From Octopus sinensis (Eukaryota), in NCBI RefSeq assembly GCF_006345805.1, contig NC_043003.1, forward strand, positions 89,156,001 through 89,220,000: DNA of 64,000 bases, read 5' to 3'. The notes under the pieces were generated by a model. The model was not told where the DNA came from and searched no databases. It worked only from the letters and a program-made list of their open reading frames with translations. Shown here piece by piece: positions 13,825-26,424 of this stretch (position 1 is the stretch's first letter; each line of letters begins with the position of its first letter). Position numbers and translations under genes: made by a program.

Positions 13825-14295
13825 TTTGTGTCTACATTTAATTTTACACTCGTCCAATGAATTAACTAATTTATTATGATTATTAAATATTTCTTTAAAT
13901 TCACTAGAACATAAGAAAACAAGAATTACTACCTATACTATATGATTTCGCCTTGCAAAATTATACTTAATTCGTTGGGATTTAAGTTCCCATATGCATT
14001 TGCTAAGCCCAGTAGAGTTCATAAGATTTCTATTCTTAAAGGAATGCATATGCTGAGCTACTCTTAATTTAATTTTAGAGGAAGTAGACCCTATATAGAT
14101 AGCATTTAAGTTATTATTATTCTTATTATTCTCATTAATTAAAGTAATGATACATTTATTATTAAATTTACAATTACTTTTATCTCTACATGTTCAATCT
14201 AAGAGTATGTTATCTTTATAATTATTGGTATTATTATAAAATTTCGTTTTATAAAAATTATTCAACTTTTTTATTCCTATTATTTATATTATTAA

Positions 14296-14329
<34 letters not shown>

Positions 14330-14330
14330 A
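13825..14330 (-). mobile_element. GIY-YIG endonuclease end of a decayed PLE (probably Hydra clade)
   Basis: My minus-strand translation: *TCRDKSNCKFNNKC...AIYIGSTSSKIKLRVAQHMHSFKNRNLMNSTGLSKCIWELK...LCSSE...KIKCRHK*. Confidence 0.8.
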
Positions 14331-14347
14331 ATATTAGTATTAATATT

Positions 14348-14379
<32 letters not shown>

Positions 14380-14555
14380 TATTATTATTTTTTTTTGTTT
14401 TTAATATTATTAAAATTATTATTATCATTTATTGAATTAAAATTAAAATTAAAATTAGTCTTATTTCTGTTTTTATTTTTATTTTTATTTTTATTTTTAT
14501 TTATATTGTTGTTGTTGTTGTTGTTATTATTATTATTATTGTTGTTGTTATTACC

Positions 14556-17500
14556 ACACCCTCTGCAAACACACACATTGTCAAAAACTTTTCCAAACTG
14601 CCCACTTTGTGCCATAAAAAGGAACAAAGATCCTCCTTCCGAAGCTGAAAGCACGTGCACCGTTCGAAAGGAGAAAGAAAACCAGGACGTCACTTTCGAC
14701 GTCATTAAAGATTTCCCTCCTCTGCCCTCCACCAATGCTATGGTACCGGAGAGAGAGGAAGGGAAAGCTATGACTAACATAGACACGAGCACGAAAAAAA
14801 AGTGAAGAAAATTCCAACGATTTTGCTTCTGCTGCGAAGCAGGTTTCGGATGAAATAAAAGTCACGATACAGGACATTAAAAAAGCAAAGGAGTTATTGA
14901 GGAAAGAAGGCAATAGCATTTTCCTCAATACTCCACAAGAAGTGATTGATGAAACAAATAAAAAAACAATCACCTACAAAATTTTCGACAAAAAATGTAA
15001 AAAACTAACAAACGCCACACCCCAACAATTGAAAATAGCTCTGAAGCCCATTTGGGACAAAAAGAGCTACGTAACCAAGGGGAAGCGTTTTGGAACCGTA
15101 GAGGTTCGTTTCCAAATGTAGGAGGAAGCAAGGGCGCATGCCATTTCGCCCTTGCAAACCAAAAATTTGTTACTCGTCCCAAACCACCTTGGGCGGAGAG
15201 TAACGAAAATAAAAATCAACCTCATCCCCCCCGAACCATATATCATGGCTGGTGGCAGCTGTCCTCTATGACATAGAGGACACTGCCACTATTCGAGATG
15301 TACGGAGAGTGAAGGAAAAGAACTGGTTAGGAATGGGAGTGCTGCTCCTGGTGCAGATTCAACAGGAAAATATTCATACCATCCCAGATTCCGTTAACTT
15401 GCCGGACGGCACCAGGCTACACGTTGCTGTGGAGAGGCGAAAGCCAAAATGTTACCTCTGCAGCAGCGAAAGCCACCTAAAAAGGGACTGCCCCATTTAC
15501 AAGAAAAGAATGGAGGCAAACGGTAAGAGGCAGCAGCAGCAGCAACAACAACAACAACAACAACAGAAACAACAACAGCAAGATACACCAAAGACTGCCA
15601 CACCACCAACACCATCACCACCACCACGACGAACGACACCACCTCCAACAACAACCACCAAACCAACACCAACTTCTGCACCAAGAAAAACAACAACAAA
15701 AAACAAGGAGAAACACCAACAGCGTCATCATCACCAATAGACACAGCAACACCACCGCTACTAGCAGAACCAACAAAAATCTTTTGCCCTGCTGATGAAG
15801 CGGACCCGACAGCCATCCCCCTTCCAGATCAGGACAGCTTGGATTGTGCGAGCACTGATGCCGAGAAAGAGGAATGGCACACAGTGCCTCCAAAAAAGAA
15901 AAGGAGGAAAAAACAAAAGGACACACAGGGGAAGCACGAACAAATAGTGCTTCCCAACATCAACAACAACAACAACAACACACACTCACAACAACAAACA
16001 ACAACAATACTTTCGACACCACTACTACCACTGCCACACACACCAACACCAACAGACACGATTACTGCAATAAACACAAAAAATGAAAAACTAGTTACAT
16101 ATCTAAAAGCCAAACAAGTACACAAATTGAAGATTTCATTATACCAACACACAACACACCACCAGCACACACTCTCACAATAAAAATCAATCAAAAAACA
16201 TATAGTGATATAAAACAAATATTCCCTAACGATGTCGGATCGCTAGGGAAAAGTTTCTCAAAGAAACTATATAAAAATATAATTGAAGCACCCGTGAAAA
16301 AGCACAAAGGAGCCACCCCCACCACCAACAACAGTAAGTAGAGCCTTTTTCTCCTTTTATATTTTTTCCCCACCTTTGAAACATGGCAAAACTTAGAATC
16401 GGTTGCTTGAATGTGAGAGGCCTCGGGTCACCTTGGAAACAGGGTCACCAGTTAAACAACCTGAGGTTTCATGATATGGATGTAGCAGCCATCACTGAAA
16501 CCAGGCTCTCCGACCCACAGGAACTCGCAGCCCTTTTCGGCGGATACAAGATATTTCTATCTCCGTGTCGGCCGGGAGCGGGGGTGGTGGTACTGCGGTG
16601 TTGTTTCGGAAGGGCCTGGACTTGAAAATAAGGACAGTCTTCCTGGATCCGGGAGGTAAGTTGGTGGTCCTCGACGTAGACGGTAGTGACGGCGGTGCTT
16701 TCAGACTGCTGGCTGCCTACGCTCCGACAGGAGCAGGGCAGTCAGATTATTTCAAACGTCTGGAAGTTTTCCTGGGAACGTCATGCACTCTAGTGCTAGT
16801 TGGGAATTGGAACGCTGTCTTAGACGAACATTTCGATCGAGTGGGCAGGGGAGCGTCTGATAGAAGAGAAGGGTGCAAGAGCCTCGCCAACCTATTCGGA
16901 CGCTTTCAGCTGTCCGACAGGTTTCGACTAGACAACCTGAATGTGCCAATGTGGACTTGGACCAATCGCATTGGGTCGTCTAGATCGTACTTAGAGGCCA
17001 GTGGATAAGGACAGCATAGGGTGTCCACAATTCCACATAGTCGACTAGACGGACCACAAATTCGTGATCTGTACGGTCGACTTAGATAGGCTACATAGAC
17101 AGGGACCCGGATACTAGAAGCTGAACGCGTCGTTAACGGCGTGCAAAGCTTACAGAGACTGGATTAGTTTACTAGTTAAGCAGGCGCTCACGGGGGCAAT
17201 CATCAACAACAACTGGTGGTTTACCCTCAAGAAAGCAATTAGAGTAGAGTCGATTAGGTTTAGTAAGACTCTAGCTATTGAACGTAGGAAGAGAGAGCGG
17301 GATTTAGTTAAGAAACTAGACGAGGCTCTTGAGACTGGCATCGCGACCAACGTGTTGGCGGCAAGGTTGGCTCTCGACCAACACTTTGACGCCAAATACG
17401 AAGGCTGCGTTGTCAGAGCTAAGGCACGTTTGCTAAACGGGGAGGGGACTAGAGCCGCTCGATGGGCCCGCGTGGCGGAGGCGAAGCGAGGCAACAAAGC

Positions 17501-19680
17501 AACCATTCGGTCTTTGGTGGACCAGAACAGGCGCGAGGTTACCGAACCGAAGCAGATGTGTACGGTGTTTCAGCAGCACTTTGCTCAACTGTTTGGGACG
17601 TGCAGTGGAACGCACACTGGTGCAGACTTCGGTGTGTACCTGGACGGCCTACCGCAACACTCGGACAGCACCGTGCCAACCAGGTCGATACACGACAACC
17701 TCCATCTCATGCGCTACATCATAGAGAGGGTGGGTAACGACGCTGGCACGGGTGGGGCTTTGATCAACTTAGATCAGAGTAAAGCCTTCTATAGGGTCGA
17801 CCATCGGTACCTGGCAGCTGTTCTCAAGGCAGCCGGCTTCGGTCCAGTTTTCCGTGGGTGGATCGCTGCTTTATACAGCAACATCTGCTTGGTGATATGG
17901 GTGAACGGTCACCTTTCGGAACCGTTTGACATCTCGCGTTCGGTCCGCCAAGGATGCCCTCCCTCTTGTACATATTGACTCTCGAGCCATTACTGCGCAA
18001 GTTGGAGGCTTTGAGGGGTATCGTGCGCGATCTAGGAGGCGGGAACAGCGTTTCTGCCTATGCCGACGACGTCACCGTGATGGCACATTAGCCTGATTGG
18101 TGAGACACTAAACGAGTACGAAGTGGTGACAGGAGCAAAGATTAATGCGGAAAAGCCTGTGGGCTTGCAACTGGGCACCTGGAGAGGCAAGCCCATGCCG
18201 TCCAACAGCGTCGTAGGGCGCTGGACAGACGGACCCGTTAAACTGCTCGGCATCTGGTTCGGTCCGGACCTCCAGGTGAATAAAAACTGGGAAGAAGTGA
18301 CGAGCAGGGTGGCACGTCTCACCCAGAAATGAGCCGAGAGGAAGCTGTCTCTGAAAGGTCGAGCGGAGGTGGCGAATGCATACATCGCATCCGTCATCTA
18401 TTACCGCTTGACCATCGTCCCTTGTCCCAACCGCTGGTTGGCCAAGCTGGTACGCCTGCTCTTCGACTTTTTGTGGAAGGGTCAGGTGCCACTGGTCAGG
18501 CGATCCATCTGCTGTCAACGACCGCTGAACGGAGGCCTTGGCATGCCGTGGTTACTGATGCACAGACATGCGCTCAGGCTGCGACATCTCAAGCGTTTCC
18601 TAGATGGTGATCAGGTGTGGTCGTCTTTTGTCAGACGCGACTTTCCGCAGCTCGTCTCTTTGACAGAGCTGCAGACCTGGATCAAACGTAGACCGAGAAA
18701 GGGCGCTTGGCACCTCGAGTGCCGTCAAGCTCTCTCCGCCCTCCGCCAGGCGGGCAATGCGATCGGTTTTAGTTCCACTCTAGCGTTCTATAGAGGGTTA
18801 GTGGAGGAAAAATGCGACGACGTTCTCGGGAAAACTCTAGGCGTTGATGATAACGAACTGAGCGGTCTGTTCGGAAGGACTTTCGGGCTGGAGCCAATGG
18901 ATAATTTCCAGAGGTCGCTCGCCTGGCAGTGCTACTGAGGGGCTCTGCCTGTTCGGGATAAACTCTACTGGCACGGAAGTGCCGTCAGCCGGGCATGACC
19001 GAGGTGTTGCCAGGACGACGAAACCGTTCTGCACGCACTTGTCCAATGCCCGAGTATTGCTGAACTATGGGTTTATGTCGAACAGCTACTGTCGCGTATA
19101 GGACGGATCCGGCTATCAGCCAAATCCATAGTGAAGATTGCCCCGCCGACCTCCTTTAACAAGGAGGGCGAGGCCGTTTTCCTGTGCCTAGTGGCTGTGG
19201 CGAAAGAGATTGTATGGTGGACCCGTTTCAAAGGGCTAAAGTCAGACACTTTCCTCTTTGGTCAAGGCCTCATCAACTTTTTCAAGTTTCACTTGAAAAG
19301 GAAGATGAGGTTAGAGAGGAGAGTGCTGTCCGATAGCAAGTTTTCTGAAAGGTGGGTGAATTGTGCGAGAATGGCCAGTATAAATGGACCAATTCTCAGG
19401 TTTTGCCTGTAATTGAAAAAGGTTTTATAAAAGGAGAAAGGGGCTCTCTACTCTCGTTTTGACCAGGCTCCCGTTGGCTTTTATGGGGTTTTTTCCACCA
19501 GGAACCTTTCGAAGCGCCTCCCCCTATTGGGAGTTTTTCATTGTTACAATCTTTCATTGTTAAACAGTTTTTACTCGAATTTTTTCAAAAACGGACAAAA
19601 CCCTTTGTAACCTTTCGTCTTGTTTTGTCCCTTTATGTTTACTAATCATGTGTGTCAGCCCTTGTGGCCAATAAAAAGAA
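14556..19680 (+). mobile_element. Tx1-like (L1 superfamily) retrotransposon, two ORFs, decayed, with an internal deletion
   Basis: ORF1 pieces include the knuckle CYLCSSESHLKRDC and Q/T/P-rich tracts. ORF2 starts at 16383 with APE motifs (GCLNVRGL, ITETRL, AYAP, GNWN), then RT motifs (LDQSKAF, VRQGCP, AYADDV, LLGIWFG) and a C-terminal CxxC..H..C. In-frame deletion near 17658. The 3' UTR ends gtggccaataaaaagaa. Confidence 0.9.
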
Positions 19681-19703
19681 TTAATTATTATTATTATCAA
19701 TAC

Positions 19704-19745
<42 letters not shown>

Positions 19746-19799
19746 TACTACTACTACTACTACTACTATTATTACTATTTTGATTATTATAATTATTAT

Positions 19800-20460
19800 T
19801 AATATTGTTATTAAAGAATTTAATATTATTATTATATCCTGCCTCTCGGCGGGCTTCACTATAACAAGGTGCATGTTTATTGAAAATCTCTAAATCATAA
19901 TAAAGTAATGATATTCGTTTACTAATATTATTTATCAACGATTTAGTAATTGATGGTGGGTGATTACTATTAGCATTTATATATCTAAGGTTTTCATTAA
20001 ATTTATGATATGGTTGGGTTTTACCCGTTATTAAATTAAAATTAACATCTAAATAATTTACATTATAATTCTCCTTATAATTTAGTAATACTTAAACCAT
20101 ATCTTTTAAAGAAACTATATAGTTTCTTCTTATATAATTCTAGTTTTCTATTAGTGCAATTCTTAGTAATTAGTAAAAGGTCATCCCTATATAAACCACC
20201 CTCTAATTTTAGATTTTCTAATTGAATTTCAGATAATAAATAAATACCTACTAAATCCTTAGCTTGTGCAGAATTGGGTGCCCCCATAGGTTTATCAAAA
20301 TAGTCCCTAGTATCCTTCCTAGTCCATAATTTATTATTATATCTAATAAACGATTTCCTAGCCATTTTAATTACACTAACTTCATCAAAAGTCATTCCTA
20401 CCTTATTCATTGCATATATTAGGGCCTTATTAAACACAATTTCATTAATAGAAGAGTGTA
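19800..20460 (-). mobile_element. RT half of the PLE whose endonuclease lies at 13825-14330
   Basis: PMGAPNSAQAKDLVGIYLL, GLYRDDLL and GLSIT, then after a frameshift VNYLDVNFNL..YINANSNHPPSI..KRIS..EAGYNNN running into (AAT)n. Confidence 0.85.
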
Positions 20461-21156
20461 TGTGCATGTATGTATATGTGTATACATATAAATTTGACAT
20501 GGGCGATTCTTTCTTGTCTTGGGATTCTTGGTCAAATGACTGGGTGGAATTGCGTGAAAAATTACACAGATGTGGAGAATGAGCCGATGGTGTTGTTGGG
20601 CTTTGTATTTTTTCATAGCTCCCATGGTTACTGAGATAATCTACTATAATAATACTCTTGTGTTTATGAATGAAAAAGGAAGAGGTGATAGATGAATAAG
20701 GAAGGAAGGGGTGATGTCATACTTGATATGCTGAAAAAATAAATTAAACAGCGTTTCAACTCTGTGTGAATATGTGTGTGTGTATGTAAAAGGGGGGAAC
20801 GTGAATGTGTGTGTGTGTGTATGTGCATGTTTGTGTGTATGTGTGCGTGTGCATGAAATGGAAGTGGGGGGATTCATCTTTGTTTGCTTAGTACTTGGTT
20901 TTATTTTTTGATTTAGTTGAATCTTGGTTGTTTTTTTGTCGGTCAGTTATTTTTAGCATTCTGACAGAAAAAAGTCATTCTTAAATTTTTTTAACGTAAG
21001 AGTGCCCAAACAAGTCAAATGCTTACACAGAGCAGGTTTTACAGCCACATCATCCAAAACGACTGGGTGAAACCAAACTTACGTGCTTGTATACATAAAA
21101 AGTAATGGTTATTTGCCAACCTAATGTGGCAGTCCCGGTTGAGACAAATGCTACTG

Positions 21157-21335
21157 TTGTTTAGCCCCAGGAGACATCATCTCTGGCTGGCTATACAACA
21201 CAATCTGTGTCCTTATATTTTTGAACAGCAGTATTGTGCTGGGTGGGGATGCTAAACTCCCCTGCTTGAAAATATAAGGACACAGATTGTGAGTCATATA
21301 GCCAGCTGGAGACGATGTCTCCTGGGGCTAAACAA
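21157..21335. repeat. Long imperfect palindrome (about 75-bp arms)
   Basis: ttgtttagccccaggagacatc...atctgtgtccttatattt is inverted at aaatataaggacacagatt...gatgtctcctggggctaaacaa. A truncated left arm recurs at about 11365-11389. Confidence 0.85.
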
Positions 21336-21357
21336 TATATATATATATATATATATA

Positions 21358-23230
21358 GGTTACGGAGAGGGTCATTGCCCAACTAATTAGAGAGAGAGTT
21401 AGTTTAGATGAGATGCAGTTTGGGTTCGTGCCAAGGAAAAGTACCACTGATGCTATATTCCTGGTAAGGCAGCTGCAGGAGAAATACCTAGCCAAAGATA
21501 AGCCCCTGGACCTGGCTTTTGTTGACATGGCGAAAGCTTTTGATAGGGTCCCTCGATCCCTTATCTGGTGGTCAATGAGGAAACTAGGGATAGATGAATG
21601 GCTGGTGAGGGCTGTGCAAGCCATGTACAGAGATACCGTAAGGTTAGGGTTGGCAACATGTACACAGAAGAATTCAAAGTAGAGGTTTTAGGTCCACCAG
21701 GGTTCAGTACTCAGCCCCCTCCTATTTATCATAGTCCTCCAGGCAATTACGGAGGAATTCAAGACAGGTTGCCCCTGGGAGCTCCTCTACGCTGACGACC
21801 TTGCTCTAATTGCTGAGTCACTATCAGAACTGGAGGAGAAGTTCCAGGTGTGGAAGGAGGGTTTAGAATCGAGGGGCCTTAGAGTCAACCAAAGTACTAA
21901 TAAGTAGGAAGGTAGACAATCCACAAATATCTTCAGGGAGATGGCCCTGCTCGATCTGTAGAAAAGGTGTAGGTAGAAACTCTATAAGATGTACCCAGTG
22001 TAAGCTATGGACACATAAGAGGTGCAGCAATGTCAAAGGTAGGCTAACTGGGAAGATAGTTTTTGTATGTGGCAGATGCTCGGGAGCATTAACCTCCGAA
22101 AATCTGCAGAAAACAACTTCCGTCACTTTCCAGGGGGAAAAACTAGAAGTAGTTGATAGCTTCCGTTATCTAGGTGACCAAGTCAGTAGTGGGGGTGGGT
22201 GTGCTGAAAGTGTAACTGCTAGAATAAGAATAGCCTGGGCAAAGTTTAGGGAGCTCTTACCTCTGCTGGTGACTAAAGGCCTCTCGCTCAGAGTAAAAGG
22301 CAGACTGTATGATGCATGTGTACGAACAGCCATGCTACATGGCAGTGAAACATGGGCTGTGACTGCTGAGGATATGCATAAGCTCGTGAGGAATGAAGCC
22401 AGTATGCTCCGATGGATGTGTAATGTCAGTGTACATACTCGACAGAGCGTTAGTACCTTGAGAGAAATGTTGTACCTAAGAAGCATCAGTTGTGGTGTGC
22501 AAGAGAGACGATTGCGCTGGTATGGTCATGTGGCGAGAATGGTTGAAGATAGGTGTGTGAGAAAGTGCCAATCCCTAGCAGTTGAGGGAACCCGTGGAAG
22601 AGGTAGACCCAGGAAAACCTGGGACGAGGTGGTGAAGCACGACCTTCAAACTTTAGGCCTCACTGAGGAAATGACCAGCGACCGAGACCTTTGGAAATAT
22701 GCTGTACATGAGAAGACCAGGCAGGACAAGTGAGCCCAGCCCACTTATGTGTGCCTTTCCTCCCTTGGACACAAAGACATGTTGAGGCAAGCGAAGTCGA
22801 TATAGAACCTCATCCGACGACAGGCACCCATGCCAACCCCCTTTGCTTGCGAAGACATGTTGGGGCAAGCGAAAGCGAAATCGAAATCGAATTGAACCAG
22901 CCAGGATCCCTGGTATGGTGGTACGTAAAAAGCACTATCCAACTCGTGGCCGATGCCAGCACCGCCTCGACTGGCTTCCGTGCCGGTGGCACATAAAATA
23001 CACCAATCCGACTCGTGGCCGTTGCCAGCCTCACCTGGCACCTGTGCAGGTGGCACGTAAAAAGCACCCACTACACTCACAGAGTGGTTGGTGTTAGGAA
23101 GGGCATCCAGCTGTAGAAACATTGCCAGATAAGACTGGAGCCTGGTGCAGCCTTCTGGCTTCCCAGATCCCCGGTCGAACTGTCCAACCCATGCTAGCAT
23201 GGAGAACGGACGTTAAACAATGATGATGAT
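21358..23230 (+). mobile_element. 5'-truncated RTE LINE (family B, PHD finger inside the RT)
   Basis: MQFGFVPRKSTTDAIF, FVDMAKAFDRV, LLYADD, C4HC3 insert, FRYLGD, GRPRKTW. 3' UTR with repeat units and a (TGA)n tail. Confidence 0.9.
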
Positions 23231-24263
23231 ATATATACACACATACATATATATTTTAAAATTTAAATTTAAATTTAATTTTAAAATTTAAACTTTGTAT
23301 GTTGGGTATGTCCCTCGTAGAATGCCAACAAAGTATGTTCGCTGCCTATGGCTACCTGGCATCATCCACAGTAACTGAACAATCATTACTGGATCTATGT
23401 CAGGAATTCTTCAGTGCACATTGAGTATAGTAGAAACAATGGATACAGAAAATAGAGTATACTGGAAACTTTATTTATCACAATGCTCATTTCAACACAT
23501 CCTGCATCACTCCCTCATGGGTGAGAAACTATAAAATGAATTATGATGCCTCCTATGGTGCAGAAGCATCTCATCAGGTGATGTAAATTATTTTCTCATC
23601 ATGTAAGTAATGTTTCACTCTTAATCTTAACTAGAGCATGTTGATAATAGTCATATCTAAAATACATTGAGAAGGAATGGCAAAGAATAGATTAAGTTCC
23701 TCAGCTATGAGTACAAACAGGAAGTAATTAAAAAAGAATACAATACAAAGAATAAGGGAAAAGAAAGCATGCAATTAATTAAAGTTTAACACACTATAAA
23801 GTGTGTCAGTGTCTGTCCAGTGCATCTGTAGACTAGCTACTGGTAATAAATCCTTTGATAGTTAGCCATCCTTGTCAAGCATGATGCTGTGGGCTAGACA
23901 TATTTCTGGATGGTGGTAAGGTCATAACACTTAGTTGCTACTGGGCACACATCTAGATCCCAACATATGCCTATATACACATATATGTACACACACAAAC
24001 CCATTTATACATGCATGTGTGCCATTTCACATACATACATAGATATATACATCAACAGGTGCATAGCTGCAAACACATCCACATGTACATAGATACATTT
24101 ATATACATGCACACACACACACACACACACATACAGACACACATACATATATGTGCACATGTGAGGTCACATATGCACATATGCTTGATCATGCATTAAT
24201 CATTATGTGAGTACACACTAGTACTACAACAAACAATTATGTACATGTTTGTACATACACATT

Positions 24264-25795
24264 ATCATCATCATCATCATATAACGTCCATTTTCCATGC
24301 TGGTATGGGTTGGACGGTTTGACTGCGGTCTGGAGAGTCAGAAGCTGGATGCCCTTCCTAACGCCAACCACTCCGAGAGTGTAGTGGGTGCTTTTTACGT
24401 GCCACCGGCACAGGAGCCAGTCATGGGGTACTGGCATTGGCCATGTTCGGATGGTGCTTTTTATGTGCCACTGGTATGGGAGCCAGTCAGGGTGTACTGG
24501 CATCAGCCAAGTACGGATGCTACTGTTTACATATCACTGGCATGGGGTCAGTCAGGCAGTTCTTGTATTGATCACATTCAGATTGTGCTTTTTATGTGCC
24601 ACTGGCATGGGAGCCGGACAGTAGGTACTGACATCGGCTATGTTTGGATGGTACTTTTTATGTGCCACTGGCATAGGAGCTAGTTGGGGGTACTGGCATC
24701 GACCATGTTCGGATGATGCATTTCATGTGCCACTGACATGGAAGCCAGTCAGGGGGCACTGGCTACAGCTACGATTTTGGTTTTACTTGACTCAACACGT
24801 CTTCTCAAGCATATCATATCGCTCGACACATCAAGGGTACTCTTAAATGGGCCAGACATGCAACACTGGCATTGGCCATGGTTGTAATCTCACTTTAGCT
24901 GCCAGGTCTTCTCAATCAAAGCATATCTCCAAAGGTCTCAGTCTCCTGTCATTGCCTCTGGGAAGCCCAATGTTCAAAGGTCATGTTTCATCACCTCATC
25001 CCATGTTTTCCTGGGTCTACCTCTTCTACAGGTTCCTTCCACAGTTAGGGAGTGGCACTTCCTCACACAGCTGTCCCCATCCATACATAATACATGAACA
25101 TACCAGCGTGGTCATCTCTCTTGCACACCACATCTGATGCTTCTCATGTCCAACTTTTCTCTTAGGGTGCTTACACTTTGTTGTGTATGCGCACTGGCAT
25201 TACACATCCAGCTGATCATACTAGCATCGTTTCTTTCAAGCCTACACATGTCCTCAGCAGTCATGGCCCATGTTTCACTGCCCTGTAGCATGGCTGTTTG
25301 CACACATGCATCATACAATCTACCTTCCATCCTGAGTGAGAGGCCCTTAGTTGCCAGCAGAGCAATCACCTCCACTACAGACTTGGTTGCTTAGGTACTG
25401 AAAGCTATTAACTACTTCTAGTTTTTCCCCCTGGCATGTGATGGAATCTGTTTTCTGTACATCTTCAGTGTTTTTGCTTCTGTACATCCCATTCATTCTC
25501 CACATTCAGCAGTCTTTCATAATAGCATCTCCAATCCTCTTTCTTTGCGGAATCATTAAACACGAGGGCACCATCATCCATGCGGACACATTTCTCTCCT
25601 ATGACATCATGGTTTTCTCTCATACACTGTCTTGCAATCCGAAATACTTCAGTTCTTTGGTCATCACATTGCTGAACATTGGCAAACTTCTTTTCTGTTA
25701 CTTCCTTGGCTATATAATCCTGTCTCCTAGCTTCCCTTTTTGCTATCTGATACATTCTCTTGCTACCTCCACACATACATGCATAGTCATCTGCT
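24264..25795 (-). mobile_element. RTE family B copy with the RT core deleted
   Basis: The pre-RT segment (YYERLLNVENEWD) is fused directly to the post-PHD segment (GEKLEVVNS; RLYDACVQTAML). Same 3' UTR and (TGA)n tail as the other copies. Confidence 0.8.
24387..24775. repeat. Minisatellite of six units of about 65 bp in the RTE-B 3' UTR
   Basis: Unit ggtgctttttatgtgccactggcat..gagccagtcagggggtactggcat..ccatgttcggat starts at about 24387, 24454, 24519, 24583, 24649 and 24714. Confidence 0.85.
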
Positions 25796-26142
25796 CCACT
25801 GAATGTGGCTATGTATACTTTTGACCTCACGTATATATGTATATGTACATGTGTTTTTATAGAGAGACACACATCATATACATGTCCATATATATATATA
25901 GAGAGAGAAAAACACACACATACTTTTAGATACAAACATATGCATGTGCACACACATTTAGACTCATGCAGACACGCATATACATACACCTTTACATTCA
26001 TTTAAACACACACATACATGTACATATACACATATTCATTCATCTACGCACATATACGTCAGCACTTTCAGATTAGGTTACATTCCACGGTGTGTCCAGT
26101 GAAACACCACAGTTGGGTGAAACAATGAAACAGTAAGGCAAT

Positions 26143-26407
26143 TGTTGCAGCATGAGTCATGACACTCCCTGCGAGAAGAGACTTGATCAAACGACTATAA
26201 ATAGTAGTGGTCTGAGTGAGAGACAGAGTGGGCATTAATTGCAGGAAGTCGTAAGGTGTTGTTTTGATAGTTTGTCAGAATATCATTTGCTAGTTTGTGG
26301 AGAGTTCGTGGAGAGTTTGTTGGATTGTTACATTGTTGTTACTCTATTTCGTTATATGTTTTGTTATAGTGCAAAAAAGTATCGTCGTAAATATTGGTAA
26401 TACAACA
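26143..26407 (+). repeat. 5' LTR (TGTTG...CAACA)
   Basis: 5-bp terminal inverted repeat and a TATA-like ctataaata. Aligns with 32661-32817. Confidence 0.85.
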
Positions 26408-26411
26408 ATAT

Positions 26412-26424
26412 TGGTGACAAGGAT
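26412..26424 (+). promoter_or_regulatory. Primer-binding site, probably tRNA-Ser(GCT)
   Basis: tggtgacaaggat equals TGGCGACGAGGAT with two CpG-type transitions, 4 nt after the LTR end. Confidence 0.6.

Noticed and set aside
14190-14805. Poly-L, poly-N and poly-S ORFs in the track
   Set aside because: These are translations of trinucleotide microsatellites. Only the 3' end of 14395-14805 may belong to Tx1 ORF1.
24387-24775. CRISPR-like array
   Set aside because: Whole units are homologous with no unique spacers, there are no cas genes, and the context is a eukaryotic LINE UTR.
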